Shown: positions 1-9,816 of the stretch, piece after piece
How the letters are laid out: the number at the start of each line of letters is the position of its first letter
Position numbering within the stretch: position 1 is the stretch's first letter
Assembly (NCBI GenBank): GCA_038229115.1
Contig: JBBROQ010000001.1
Span: 1-60,519, forward strand
Source of the DNA: Planctomycetota bacterium
GTDB lineage: Bacteria > Planctomycetota > UBA11346
DNA length: 60,519 bases
Reading direction: 5' to 3'
Program-made: the position numbers and the translations under genes
The notes under the pieces: generated by a model
Told to the model about the DNA's origin: nothing
The model's input: the letters and a program-made list of their open reading frames with translations, nothing else
Database searches by the model: none

Positions 1-2567
1 CGGCTAATGGTCAGGCCCAAACCGGTGCCGCCGAAACGCCGAGCGTGACTGCCGTCGCCCTGGATGAAGGGCTGGAACAGGCGCGGCAGCACCTCAGTTG
101 CGATACCGATGCCGGTGTCACGAACGGTCATCGTCAGTCGGTCGACGACGCCGACCTGATCAACTGCGCAGCGCACCGTTACCTCGCCACGCTGGCTGAA
201 TTTCACCGCATTGCCGACCAAATTCAGCAGCACCTGACGCAGTCGGCCGACGTCGCCCAGCAGCCACGGCGGTACCGCCGATGCGACTTCCGCGCGCAGT
301 TCTAGCCCCTTCGCGCGCGCCGACCCGGCCAACATCACCAGCACCTCGTCGACCAGTTCCTGCGCTGCGAATGGCGCGCGTTCCAGTTCGATCCGGCCGG
401 CCTCGATCTTGGAAAAGTCGAGGATGTCGCTGACCAGCATCAACAGCGCATCGGCCGAGCTTTTTGCGGCGTCCAGCCAGGCGCGCTGCTCGGGCGAGGT
501 GCGCGTACCCTGCAGCAGCAACACGGCCCCGATCACACCGTTGAGCGGCGTGCGGATTTCGTGGCTCATGGTTGCGACAAATTCCGACTTCGCGCGGCCG
601 GCGGCTTCGGCCGCGTCGCGGGCTTGGCGCAGGTCCTGTTCGTGCCGCAGCTGCGCGCTGATATCGCGCGCGATGGTCGAGAAATGCGTGACCGCGCCGT
701 GCCGATCGCGATGCGCCAGGATGGTCTGGTGCATGGTGAACACCGAGGTGCCCGGCAGGTCATACCATTCGGTGATGCCCACCCACAGGCCATCGCGCAC
801 CGCGGTCGGCAGCGCTTCGCCCTGCAGCATCGCCAAGGTCGCCGGAGGATGGAGCGACTCGATGCGAACCGAGCCCAATTGCGCGGGATCATGCAGGCCC
901 AATTTGCGCCGGCCGACGGCGTTGCTGTAGAGGATCGCGCCGGTGGCCGCATCAGCGACGTCAATGTAGTCGGGACACAGCTCAATGATGTCGGCCAAGC
1001 GGCGAATGGCCGCCTCCATTTCAGCGCGTTGGGTGACGTCGTGTTCCAGCCCAATCATGCGCCGCGCGCGCCCCTGCGCGTCGCGTTCAATCACGCGCCC
1101 GCGACAGGCCAACCACCGCCAACTACCATCGCGATGACGGATGCGGTATTCGGCGTCATAGCGCTCGCTGCGCATGTCCAGGTGCTCGGTCAGGTGCCGT
1201 TCGCACAGCGGAAAATCGTCGGGGTGGACGCGTTCCTGCCACGCCGCAAAGCCCGGTGGCAAGTCATCTGCCTGAAAGCCCAACAGCGCGCACCAACGCG
1301 GGCTGCGATAAACCGTGTCGGTCAGCAGATCCCATTCCCACAGCCCCTGGCCGGTGGCATCCAGCGCCAGTTGCAGTCGCGCTTCGCTTTCGGCCAGGCG
1401 TAGCGTCGCCAGTTTGCGCGCGGTGATGTCCTGCGCGGTGCCCCAGAGTTCGGTGATCACGCCGCCTTCCGCACGGGCGAAACCGCGACCAAACAGCCAG
1501 GCTTCAGTGCCATCCGGACGGCGAACGCGGTATTCGATTTCGTCGGCCACGCCGCTGCTGCTCAGGCGCTCGACATAGGCCAGGAACGCCGGCGCATCGT
1601 CGGGATGGACGATGCGTTCGGTCAGCTCGGCATACGACGGCGTCGGGCCGTGCGGATCGCGGCCGAAGGCGATGAACAACTGCTCGCTCCAAACGATCAA
1701 CTGCGTGTTCAGATCGAACGACCAGTGCCCGATGCCGGCGACGGTCTGCACCTCATTCAGCCGCTCCGCCGCAGCGCTCAGTCGTGCCGCCGCGGCGCGC
1801 TGCTCAGTCAGATCGCTGAACGTACCGATGAGACGCAGTGGATGACCTTCGGGCGTGCGCCCGACGACGCGCGCGCGCCCCTCGACCCAACACCATGAAC
1901 CGTCGCGGCGCAGCATCCGGTGCTGATGCTGAAATCGTGGCGTCTCGCCCATCAGGTGCGCGGCAATGCCGGCTTTTACCGCCATATAGTCGTCAGGATG
2001 GATCAGCTGATCCCATACCGCGACGGTGTTCGGCAGTTCATCAGCGCCATAGCCCAAAATCTCGCGCACGCGCGCCGACAGGAACACGCTGTTGTCGACC
2101 GCATTCCAGTCCCATACGCCGTCGCCGCTGGTTTCGATGGCGTAGTTCCAGCGCTGTTCCATGAGCGCCAACGCGACCTCGGCCTGCCGGCGTTCGGTAA
2201 CGTCATGCAGCAGCCACAGCTCGCAGCCCGCCACTACCGACACCGCCCATTCGACCTGCCGTTCGCTGCCGTCGCGATTCCGGATCGGCAGCATGCGCAC
2301 GGTCGAAAAGCCGGCGGCGCGGTCGGCATCATAGCGCGCTCGGACCACCGCCGCGTCATCGCCATGCAGGCGCGCGAACCAGGTATCGATATCTGATAAT
2401 TCGGCGCCGGCATAGCCGGTCAGCGCCATGGCCAGACGGTTGAGCGTCAGCTGCTCGCCGGTCCGCAGCACTGCGCCAGCCGGCAGGTGCTCGATCAGCG
2501 ACGACAACGGCAAGGACGGTGAGGGCTGGGCGTCGGGGGCGGGAAAACGATTCACAGGCCGCAGCAT
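1..2567 (-). CDS. multi-PAS sensor histidine kinase (C-terminus runs off the left edge of the window)
   Basis: Absent from the ORF track because there is no stop inside the window. Manual reverse translation from the ATG (complement of cat 2565-2567) gives MLRPVNRF... followed by PAS-like segments (GDGVWDWN, LIHPDD, RMLRRDGSWCWVEG). The HisKA H-box FVATMSHEIRTPLNGV lies near 560-600 and the HATPase G2 box RRFGGTGLGLTIS at 1-60. Both ends are in the same frame, and no listed minus-strand ORF uses that frame. Confidence 0.85.
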   Translation of the reverse strand, partial: MLRPVNRFPAPDAQPSPSLPLSSLIEHLPAGAVLRTGEQLTLNRLAMALTGYAGAELSDIDTWFARLHGDDAAVVRARYDADRAAGFSTVRMLPIRNRDGSERQVEWAVSVVAGCELWLLHDVTERRQAEVALALMEQRWNYAIETSGDGVWDWNAVDNSVFLSARVREILGYGADELPNTVAVWDQLIHPDDYMAVKAGIAAHLMGETPRFQHQHRMLRRDGSWCWVEGRARVVGRTPEGHPLRLIGTFSDLTEQRAAAARLSAAAERLNEVQTVAGIGHWSFDLNTQLIVWSEQLFIAFGRDPHGPTPSYAELTERIVHPDDAPAFLAYVERLSSSGVADEIEYRVRRPDGTEAWLFGRGFARAEGGVITELWGTAQDITARKLATLRLAESEARLQLALDATGQGLWEWDLLTDTVYRSPRWCALLGFQADDLPPGFAAWQERVHPDDFPLCERHLTEHLDMRSERYDAEYRIRHRDGSWRWLACRGRVIERDAQGRARRMIGLEHDVTQRAEMEAAIRRLADIIELCPDYIDVADAATGAILYSNAVGRRKLGLHDPAQLGSVRIESLHPPATLAMLQGEALPTAVRDGLWVGITEWYDLPGTSVFTMHQTILAHRDRHGAVTHFSTIARDISAQLRHEQDLRQARDAAEAAGRAKSEFVATMSHEIRTPLNGVIGAVLLLQGTRTSPEQRAWLDAAKSSADALLMLVSDILDFSKIEAGRIELERAPFAAQELVDEVLVMLAGSARAKGLELRAEVASAVPPWLLGDVGRLRQVLLNLVGNAVKFSQRGEVTVRCAVDQVGVVDRLTMTVRDTGIGIATEVLPRLFQPFIQGDGSHARRFGGTGLGLTIS

Positions 2568-2637
2568 GTGCGTTGGCAACTCGAGTACCAAGTCCGGATG
2601 TTGCTGAGACCCCTGGTTTTACCGCACGCAAGCGGGT

Positions 2638-3153
2638 GTGAGCAGAACCTTGTCGCTGACTGCGTTGCCCCCCACGCTGGCGCGCATGCTGAACGAACTC
2701 GCGCCCCTGGCCGCCACCTACGCCCGTAACACCACTTTTTTGGACACCTTGGTGCGTGGCTTCACGCCGGCCGATTGGCGCGATCGCCGCGCCGGCAATC
2801 ACGCGCTGTGGCTCATTGGTCACATCGCCTGGACCCGCAACGCGGCGCGCCGGCTGTTGGGCGAAACCACCTTGCTCTCGCCGTGGGAAAAGTTGTTCGG
2901 CTTCGGCTCATCACCCGACGACGGCGACGCCTGCGACCCCGCCGACCTGCTGGCCGCGATCCGCTCCGGCGAAGCGCCGCTGCTTGCCGGGCTCGCACTA
3001 CGCACCGACAGCGACCTCGCCGCCGCGCTCTCCTTCAGCCATCCGATGGGCAAAACCCTCGGCGAATTTCTGAATTTCCTGCCCTGGCACGAAACCTACC
3101 ACCTGGGGCAGTTAGGCACGGTCAAGAAGCTGCTGGGCAAAACGTCGGCATAG
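2638..3153 (+). CDS. DinB-family (DinB_2/YfiT-like) putative metal-dependent protein
   Basis: 171-aa ORF with a GTG start. HALWLIGHIAWTRN and WHETYHLGQLGTVKKLLG resemble the histidine-containing helices of the DinB superfamily. Confidence 0.6.
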   Translation: MSRTLSLTALPPTLARMLNELAPLAATYARNTTFLDTLVRGFTPADWRDRRAGNHALWLIGHIAWTRNAARRLLGETTLLSPWEKLFGFGSSPDDGDACDPADLLAAIRSGEAPLLAGLALRTDSDLAAALSFSHPMGKTLGEFLNFLPWHETYHLGQLGTVKKLLGKTSA

Positions 3154-3158
3154 ACGGG

Positions 3159-5375
3159 TCAGCCGAAAATCCGCGCCCCGGTTTGCGCCTTGGTCACCAA
3201 AAGTGTCGCCGGCCGAAAGCGTGGACCGACGCGGTCGGCTAGGCGATTAAGCGTTTCGACCACGTCGCGCACGCCGCGCTGTTCGGCGTAATGCAGCGGT
3301 CCACCGCGGCTCGGCGGGAAACCGGTGCCCATCACCATCGCCAGATCCAACGTGCGCGCGTCGGTGACGATCCCTTCCTCCAAACAGCGCGCGGCTTCGT
3401 TCACCATGATCAGCAAACAGCGATCGAGGATTTCCTGCGCGGTGATGGAACGCGGCGTGATGTGACGCGCGTCGCGCACCTTGGTCACCGCCGACGCGAT
3501 CTCGGGATTCACCGTCGCGGCCGCGCGCCGGCCTTTACCACGGACGTAGAAACCTTTGCGCTCCTTCGCGCCTTTGAGCTTTAATTCTTCGGCGACGACG
3601 CTGAGCACGTCGGCGACATGCATGCGCTCGCCATAGCCGGCCGCGAGAATTTTTGCGACTTTGTAGCCAACATCGATGCCGACTTCATCGGTCAGCGTGA
3701 ACGGCCCCATCGGCAGGCCGAAGTCGAACAGCGCACGATCGATCTGCGCGATCTCGCCGCCTTCCTGCAGCAGCCACGCGGCCTCGTTCAGGTACGGCAG
3801 CAAGATGCGATTGACCAGGAATCCTGGGCAATCCTGCACAATCACCGGGGTCTTGCCCAAGCGCCGGCACAGCGCGACGGTCGCCGCGACGGTCGCGGAA
3901 TCGGTACGCGCACCGGGCACCACTTCGACCAGCGGCATGCGGTTCACCGGATTGAAAAAATGCATGCCGACAAAGCGCTCGGGCTTTTCGAGTGCGCTCG
4001 CCATCGCGGTCACCGACAGCGATGAGGTGTTGCTGGCGATGATCGCGTCCGGCCGAATGTGCCGTTCCAGTTCGGCGAAGACTTTTTGCTTAACGCCCAA
4101 GTCCTCGACCACCGCTTCCACGATCACATCCGCACTCGCGAAGCCGCGAAAGTCGAGCGTGCCGCTGATGCGGTGCAGGCGCAGACTGGCCGCGGCCGGT
4201 GTCAGTTTGCGCCGCTTCACCATCTGCTGATCGTAGTCGTTGGCGGTGTGAAACGCCTTGGCCACCGCGTCCCAACCCAGGTCCTTAACGCGCACCGGAA
4301 TCTCGGCCGCTGCGAATGCCCACGCGATGCCGCCGCCCATCACGCCGGCGCCCAGGACCGCCGCATTGGCGATCGGGTGCGTGGACGCGGTTGGCAACGC
4401 GCTCGGCGAACCCCCCTGTTTTTTCAGCCCTTCGTTGGCGAAAAACAGATCGACCAGATTCTTGCACTGCGCGCTGGGCGCGAGTTCGCTAAAGATCAGC
4501 GCTTCGTAGGTCAGGCCCTGGTCCAGATCCCCGGCGATGGTGTGTGCGACGACTTTCAACGCGCCTTCTGGCGCCGGCATCAAGCCACGCGTTTTCGCGC
4601 GCAGTTGTTTGCGCGCCTGCCGAAACAGCAGCATGCGCCCGAATGGATTGCCTTCAGTCAGCCACGGGCGCGGGCGTTTCGCGCGCTGCGCGGCAATCGC
4701 CGCAACGCCCAGTGGCGTGATAATCGCGGCGACAAACGCCGGCACCTCGTCGCTCAAAAACGCGCGTGCGCAGCACCGATCGGCCAAGCCCAATTTGAAC
4801 GCCTTCGGCCCGTTCACGGTCTTGCCGGACAGAATCAAATCGAGCGCCGCCGCGATCCTGATCAGTCTCGGCAAGCGCTGGGTGCCGCCCCACCCGGGGA
4901 TGATGCCCAGGGTCACTTCCGGCAGGGCCAAACTGGTCTTGTCGGCGTCGGTGACGATGCGGTAAGTGCAGGCGAGCGCGAATTCCAGGCCGCCGCCCAA
5001 ACACGCGCCATCGATCACCGCGACGCTGGGCATCGGCAGATCCGCGACCTGTTGAAACAACTGCTGCCCGGCGCGGGCTTTGGCTTCGGCATCGGCGGGA
5101 ATGGTGATCGCCTCGATCTCGCGGATGTCGGCGCCGGCAATGAAAATCTCGGGCTTAGCGCTGGTGAAAACTACCGCTTTCACATCGGTGCGCGCGGCCA
5201 ACTGGCCCAGCACACTCGATAGTTCAGCGCATACATCCTTGCGGAATTTGTTCACCTTTTCGCCAGGCAGATCGAACACCACCTGCGCGATGCTGTCGAC
5301 CACTGTGAGCGTGAACGCACCAGGAAAACTGGCGCGCAGTTCGTCGAGTTCGCTCATGGTGCCTGCCTTGTTCAT
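3159..5375 (-). CDS. fatty-acid oxidation multifunctional enzyme (enoyl-CoA hydratase / 3-hydroxyacyl-CoA dehydrogenase, FadB/FadJ-like)
   Basis: N-terminal crotonase fold (FIAGADI, ACLGGGLEFALAC). NAD-binding GAGVMGGGIAWAF followed by a 3-HCDH domain. The track ORF extends to 5420. The ATG at 5375 overlaps the thiolase stop (ATGA), so I prefer it; MSELDEL at 5357 is an alternative start. Confidence 0.9.
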   Translation of the reverse strand: MNKAGTMSELDELRASFPGAFTLTVVDSIAQVVFDLPGEKVNKFRKDVCAELSSVLGQLAARTDVKAVVFTSAKPEIFIAGADIREIEAITIPADAEAKARAGQQLFQQVADLPMPSVAVIDGACLGGGLEFALACTYRIVTDADKTSLALPEVTLGIIPGWGGTQRLPRLIRIAAALDLILSGKTVNGPKAFKLGLADRCCARAFLSDEVPAFVAAIITPLGVAAIAAQRAKRPRPWLTEGNPFGRMLLFRQARKQLRAKTRGLMPAPEGALKVVAHTIAGDLDQGLTYEALIFSELAPSAQCKNLVDLFFANEGLKKQGGSPSALPTASTHPIANAAVLGAGVMGGGIAWAFAAAEIPVRVKDLGWDAVAKAFHTANDYDQQMVKRRKLTPAAASLRLHRISGTLDFRGFASADVIVEAVVEDLGVKQKVFAELERHIRPDAIIASNTSSLSVTAMASALEKPERFVGMHFFNPVNRMPLVEVVPGARTDSATVAATVALCRRLGKTPVIVQDCPGFLVNRILLPYLNEAAWLLQEGGEIAQIDRALFDFGLPMGPFTLTDEVGIDVGYKVAKILAAGYGERMHVADVLSVVAEELKLKGAKERKGFYVRGKGRRAAATVNPEIASAVTKVRDARHITPRSITAQEILDRCLLIMVNEAARCLEEGIVTDARTLDLAMVMGTGFPPSRGGPLHYAEQRGVRDVVETLNRLADRVGPRFRPATLLVTKAQTGARIFG

Positions 5376-6661
5376 ACGGCCTCCAACGCCAGCGCTGCGC
5401 CCTGGCCGCCACCGACGCACAGCGTCGCCAACCCACGGCCCAGGCCGCGCCGCTTCAGTTCTTTGAGCAAAGTGACGATCAGCCGAATGCCGGTCGCGCC
5501 CACCGGATGGCCGAGCGCAATCGCGCCTCCGTTGACGTTGCGCTTGTCCGGATCGATCTCGCCCAGCGCTTCACTGCGACCGAGCTCTTTCTCCGCAAAC
5601 GCACTGGAGGCGAATGCGCGTTCACAGGCGATGACCTGCGCCGCGAACGCCTCGTTGAGTTCGAACAGATCGAAGTCCTTGAGCGAAAGCCCTGATTTAT
5701 CCAACAGTTTCGACGTGGCGAACACCGGCCCCAAACCCATCCGCCGGCCATCCAGCGCCGCGTAGGCGTAATCACGCAGAAAGCCCAGCGGCGTCAGGCC
5801 ACGCGCGCGCGCTTCGCTTTCCGCCATCACCAGGACCGCGCCGGCGCCGTCGGTCAACTGCGACGAACTGCCGACGGTGACGGTGCCGGCGACCTTGTCG
5901 AAATACGGTTTCAGTTTCGCGAGCGCGGCCGCGTCCTGATTCGCGCGCACGCCGTCGTCGACGGTTTGCATCGCGGTGTACGTCGGCGGCGCGGGGACGG
6001 CGACGATCTCTTCGGCAAACCGCCCAGCCGCGATCGCCTGCGCCGCGCGTTGATGACTGAGCAGCGCGAACGCGTCCTGTTCAACCCGGGTGATGTGAAA
6101 TTCGCGCGCCAGCACTTCGGCCGTCAGACCCATAATCATGCCGTTGATCGGATCAGTCAGGCCGACCTGCACGCCCACGATCGGCTGCAAATGCGCCGGG
6201 CGCAGTTGCGCCCACACACCTAATTTTTGCCACACCGTTTTGGCCTTCATCAGCTGCGCGAACAGCGCGGTCATCTTTGCGTTGTAGACCAGCGGAATAT
6301 TGCTCATCGATTCGGTGCCGACGGCCAACAACACACGCGCTTCGCCGGACAAAATCTTCGCCGCCGCGGTGGTCACGGCTTCCATGCCGGATGCGCAATT
6401 GCGATGCACGGTGCTGGCAATCAGCGACGACGGCAGCCCGGCCTTCAACGCGATCACGCGCGCGACATTGGCCGCGTCCATCGGCTGCGCGACATTGCCC
6501 GCGACCAATTCGTCAAGTTCCTGCACCGGAAAGCCGGTGCGCACCAGCAATTCGTGCACTGCGCGCGCGCCCAAATCGTCAGCACCGGCCGCGGCGAACA
6601 CGCCGCCGGCTTTGCAAAACGGCGTGCGCACACCGTCGATGATGGCGAGACGTTCTCTCAT
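5372..6661 (-). CDS. acetyl-CoA C-acyltransferase (thiolase, FadA/FadI-like)
   Basis: 429 aa with thiolase signatures VHRNCASGMEAV (active-site Cys), NEAFAAQV and GGAIALGHPVGATG ... CVGGGQG. The order thiolase then multifunctional enzyme resembles fadI-fadJ. Confidence 0.92.
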   Translation of the reverse strand: MRERLAIIDGVRTPFCKAGGVFAAAGADDLGARAVHELLVRTGFPVQELDELVAGNVAQPMDAANVARVIALKAGLPSSLIASTVHRNCASGMEAVTTAAAKILSGEARVLLAVGTESMSNIPLVYNAKMTALFAQLMKAKTVWQKLGVWAQLRPAHLQPIVGVQVGLTDPINGMIMGLTAEVLAREFHITRVEQDAFALLSHQRAAQAIAAGRFAEEIVAVPAPPTYTAMQTVDDGVRANQDAAALAKLKPYFDKVAGTVTVGSSSQLTDGAGAVLVMAESEARARGLTPLGFLRDYAYAALDGRRMGLGPVFATSKLLDKSGLSLKDFDLFELNEAFAAQVIACERAFASSAFAEKELGRSEALGEIDPDKRNVNGGAIALGHPVGATGIRLIVTLLKELKRRGLGRGLATLCVGGGQGAALALEAV

Positions 6662-8466
6662 GGTGACTCCTTGGGGCCGTTAGCGGCGAGCTCGCGATAC
6701 ATGGCGTCGATGTCAGTCGCGAAGCGCGCACTGACCACCGCGCGCCGGATTTTCATGGTTGGCGTCAGGTCTCCATCGGCGATCGACAGCGCGACGCTTA
6801 CCGCTCGCCATGCGCGGATGCGACTCCACGGATCCGTCACGGCATTGGCGCCGTCGATCAGCGGTTGGATGCGCGCAGCCAGCAACGGCGAGCGCAGGAA
6901 CTCGGCGTCATCGCCGGTGACATTCAACTGCCGCTTGAGCGTGGTGAGCTGTGCCGGCTCGATGAACAGCAGCGCGGCTGCGCACGGCCGACCATCGGCC
7001 AACACCAACGTTTGATCGAATAGGCCGGACGACATCAGTTCCTGCTCCAGCGGTACTGGGCTGACATATTTGCCGTTCGAGGTCTTCAGTAGTTCCTTCA
7101 CTCGGCCAGTGATGGTCAGATAGCCATCGGCATCGAGCGCGCCCAGATCGCCGGTGTGCAACCAGCCATCAGTGTCGATCGCCACCGCGGTCGCAATCGG
7201 ATCGCGGTAATAGCCACGCATGATGCCGGGGCCGCTCGCGAGGATTTCACCGGCGTCGGTAAAGCGCACCGCAACACCCGGAAACAGCCGGCCAACCGTG
7301 CCCAACTTGCGCCGGCCCGGTGCGTTCACCGCAATCACCGGCGACGCTTCAGTAAGGCCGTAACCGGCAAACAGCGGCACCCCGATGTTGACCAAAAAGC
7401 GCGCCAGCGTGTCGGCCAGCGGCGCGCCGCCGACGATCAGATAGCGCAAATTACCGCCGAGTGCCGAGCGCAATTGCGCATACAGCAACTTGTCGGCCAC
7501 CGCATGTGCACGCGTCGGCTGCGCCGGATCTTCACGCTCGGCTAAGCTGAAGGCCCACTGCCCCACGCCGCGTTTCATCGCCCATCCGGCCGCGATCTTC
7601 GCCGCGATCGAGGCGTGAATTTTTTCCAACAGGCGCGGCACCACCGTGACCACGGTCGGATGCACTTCGCGCAGCAGCGTGCCGACATTTTTTACGTCGT
7701 CCGCGAACCACACGCCGATGCCCTGCGCGAGATAGCTGAACAGCACCACGCGCTCAAACACATGCGGTAGCGGCAGGCAGGTCAGCGCGCGATCGACGCC
7801 CGGCGTCAGCGGAAACAGCGCGCACGCGCCGCGCACCTGCGACACCACATTTGCGTGCGTCAGCACCACGCCTTTGGGCAATCCAGTCGAGCCACTGGTG
7901 TGGATGATGGTGGCCACGTCATCCGGTTCGACCGCCGCACGCAGACGCGGAAACAGCGTCGGATCTTGCGCTGCCACGCGGTCGCCATGGTCCAGCGCGT
8001 CATTCCAGGTGCAGGTGTGACGATGCCGTAATCCGGGCACGCCCTTCACGATCGCGTGCGCGGATGGGATCAGTGACAGATGCGGCTGCAGCGCGGCCCA
8101 GGCTTCGGCGCCGAGCACGATCACAGCGCGCTGCGCGGTGCTTTTCAGCTCATGCGCCAAGTGCTCGGCGCACAGCGTCGCGAACATCGGCACCGTCACC
8201 GCGCCCAGGCTCATCACCGCTAGATCGGCCACTACCCATGTTGGTGACGACGGCCCCAACAGGCCCACCGCGTCGCCCCGTCGCACCCCCAAGTGATGCA
8301 GACCCAGGGCCAAGCGCCGCACCTGTTCGGCCACGGTTTCGCTCGACCAGTGCCGCCAGTACCCGGCCTCGCGCCAGCTCATGCAGGCCGGCTGAGGCGC
8401 TTGCGCGACGCCCGCGGCGAACACGTCAGGCAGGGTCAGAAAGGCTTCGCGCGCGTGCCAGTCCAT
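6658..8466 (-). CDS. long-chain acyl-CoA ligase (AMP-dependent synthetase/ligase)
   Basis: AMP-binding motif IIHTSGSTGLPKGV, plus GYGLTE and TGDLG...DGYLTITGRVKE. The track ORF starts at 8514. The ATG at 8466 (MDWHAREAF) seems the more plausible start. There is a 4-nt stop/start overlap with the thiolase gene. Confidence 0.88.
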   Translation of the reverse strand: MDWHAREAFLTLPDVFAAGVAQAPQPACMSWREAGYWRHWSSETVAEQVRRLALGLHHLGVRRGDAVGLLGPSSPTWVVADLAVMSLGAVTVPMFATLCAEHLAHELKSTAQRAVIVLGAEAWAALQPHLSLIPSAHAIVKGVPGLRHRHTCTWNDALDHGDRVAAQDPTLFPRLRAAVEPDDVATIIHTSGSTGLPKGVVLTHANVVSQVRGACALFPLTPGVDRALTCLPLPHVFERVVLFSYLAQGIGVWFADDVKNVGTLLREVHPTVVTVVPRLLEKIHASIAAKIAAGWAMKRGVGQWAFSLAEREDPAQPTRAHAVADKLLYAQLRSALGGNLRYLIVGGAPLADTLARFLVNIGVPLFAGYGLTEASPVIAVNAPGRRKLGTVGRLFPGVAVRFTDAGEILASGPGIMRGYYRDPIATAVAIDTDGWLHTGDLGALDADGYLTITGRVKELLKTSNGKYVSPVPLEQELMSSGLFDQTLVLADGRPCAAALLFIEPAQLTTLKRQLNVTGDDAEFLRSPLLAARIQPLIDGANAVTDPWSRIRAWRAVSVALSIADGDLTPTMKIRRAVVSARFATDIDAMYRELAANGPKESP

Positions 8467-8647
8467 CGCTCGCCCTCCACGTGAAAGCATACGCCGAAAA
8501 TGCGCCGGCAGCAAACGCTCGATAGCATTCAGACGACGGTTTTTGCCGTGGCTTGCGGCGTTTTTCTGTCAACGTCCCGGTCGCACCGGAGCACTTCCGG
8601 AGGTATGCTCTTCCACTCGCACATGCGCCAATCCGCGAAGGCACGCG

Positions 8648-9052
8648 ATGCACGTCTACGATTACACCATCCAACTGCACGACACCGACGCCTACGCGAT
8701 CCTGTTCTTCGCGAACCAATTTAAGATCTGCCACAACGGCCTGCAGGGCTATTTGGAATCCATCGGCATGCCGCTCGGCAAAAATCGCGCGAGCGCCGGC
8801 TTCGTGGCGGTGGTGGTGCGGGCAGAAAGCGACTACCTGGCACCGGTCGAACTCGGCGACCGCCTACGCTGCGAGATGCGCACCGCCCATATCGGCACCA
8901 CCGCGTTCACCAATGCCTTCACCTTTACCAACCAAGCCGGCGTGAAGGTCGGAACCGCGACTATCGTGCAGGTCACGCTCGACCCGGTGACCGGCAAGAA
9001 GGCGCCGATTCCTGCGGCGTTTCGCGCCGCCCTAGAGCGCAACCGCGACTGA
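8648..9052 (+). CDS. acyl-CoA thioesterase (4HBT/YbgC hot-dog family)
   Basis: MHVYDYTIQLHDTDAYAILFFANQFK is typical of the 4HBT N-terminus with a catalytic Asp. The track ORF begins at 8543, but that extension is Arg/Cys-rich and unlikely to be real. Confidence 0.75.
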   Translation: MHVYDYTIQLHDTDAYAILFFANQFKICHNGLQGYLESIGMPLGKNRASAGFVAVVVRAESDYLAPVELGDRLRCEMRTAHIGTTAFTNAFTFTNQAGVKVGTATIVQVTLDPVTGKKAPIPAAFRAALERNRD

Positions 9053-9816
9053 TGACACCGAAATCGCGACTGATGGCGATGAGCCGGCACGCGCGTCCGC
9101 TGGTTATCGCGCATCGCGGCAGCGCCTGGGATCATCCGGAAAATACCCACGCTGCGTTTGCTGCCGCGATCGCGGCCGGTGCCGACGCGATCGAACTTGA
9201 TGTGCGTCTGAGTGCCGACGGCGCGGTGGTGGTCGCGCATGACGCCGACCTAATGCGCTGTGGCGGCATGCGCCGCGCGATCAGTGCGATGACCTGGGCC
9301 GAATTGAAAGCCGTCGATGTCGGCCGTTGGTTTCATCCGCGTTTCGCCGGTGAACGGGTGCCGCTGCTGAGCGCGACGCTTCGTGCATTTGCGCGCACCA
9401 CGTTCTTCGTCGAACTGAAACCCGCGCGCCGCAATGCCAACGCCCTGGCCGCAGCGACGGTCGCAGTGATTCGCGCTGCGCGCGCACTGTCTCGTGTGCA
9501 GGTGCTGTGCTTTTCCGCCGTGCCATTGGCCGTGGTACAACGGCTGGCGCCGACGCTGCCATTGGTGCGCAATGCCGAGCGCGTACCGCGAGAGCTACGC
9601 ACGCCGGCGCTCGCAGCGGTGGATCTGGATCAGCGCGCCGTGACCCCGGCGGCAGTCGCGCAACTGCATGCGCTCGGCATGAAGGTTTTTACTTACACCG
9701 TCGACACGCGCGCGGATCTGCGGCGCGTGGTCCATGCCGGCGTCGATGGCGTGATCAGCAATCGGCCGGCTTGGCTGCGCGAAGAACTAAAGAAATCAGC
9801 GGAGAAAATGCGGTGA
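9052..9816 (+). CDS. glycerophosphodiester phosphodiesterase (GDPD family)
   Basis: VIAHRGSAWDHPENTHAAF ... AIELDVRLSADGAVVVAHD matches the GDPD catalytic motifs. The start is uncertain (9052, 9073 or 9079). Confidence 0.85.
   Translation: MTPKSRLMAMSRHARPLVIAHRGSAWDHPENTHAAFAAAIAAGADAIELDVRLSADGAVVVAHDADLMRCGGMRRAISAMTWAELKAVDVGRWFHPRFAGERVPLLSATLRAFARTTFFVELKPARRNANALAAATVAVIRAARALSRVQVLCFSAVPLAVVQRLAPTLPLVRNAERVPRELRTPALAAVDLDQRAVTPAAVAQLHALGMKVFTYTVDTRADLRRVVHAGVDGVISNRPAWLREELKKSAEKMR

Noticed and set aside
3111-3117. Exact integron-core 7-mers outside the island (GTTAGGC at 3111-3117 in the DinB-like gene; GCCTAAC at 29779-29785 in uvrB)
   Set aside because: They lie inside conserved coding sequence, are not at ORF boundaries, and are not part of any repeat. 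They show that the 7-mer alone is not diagnostic, and I kept them only as a caveat.
9507-9812. Upstream extension of the glpD ORF (track start 9507)
   Set aside because: It lies entirely inside the GDPD coding sequence in another frame. The FAD-binding N-terminus begins at the GTG at 9813, which overlaps the GDPD stop.
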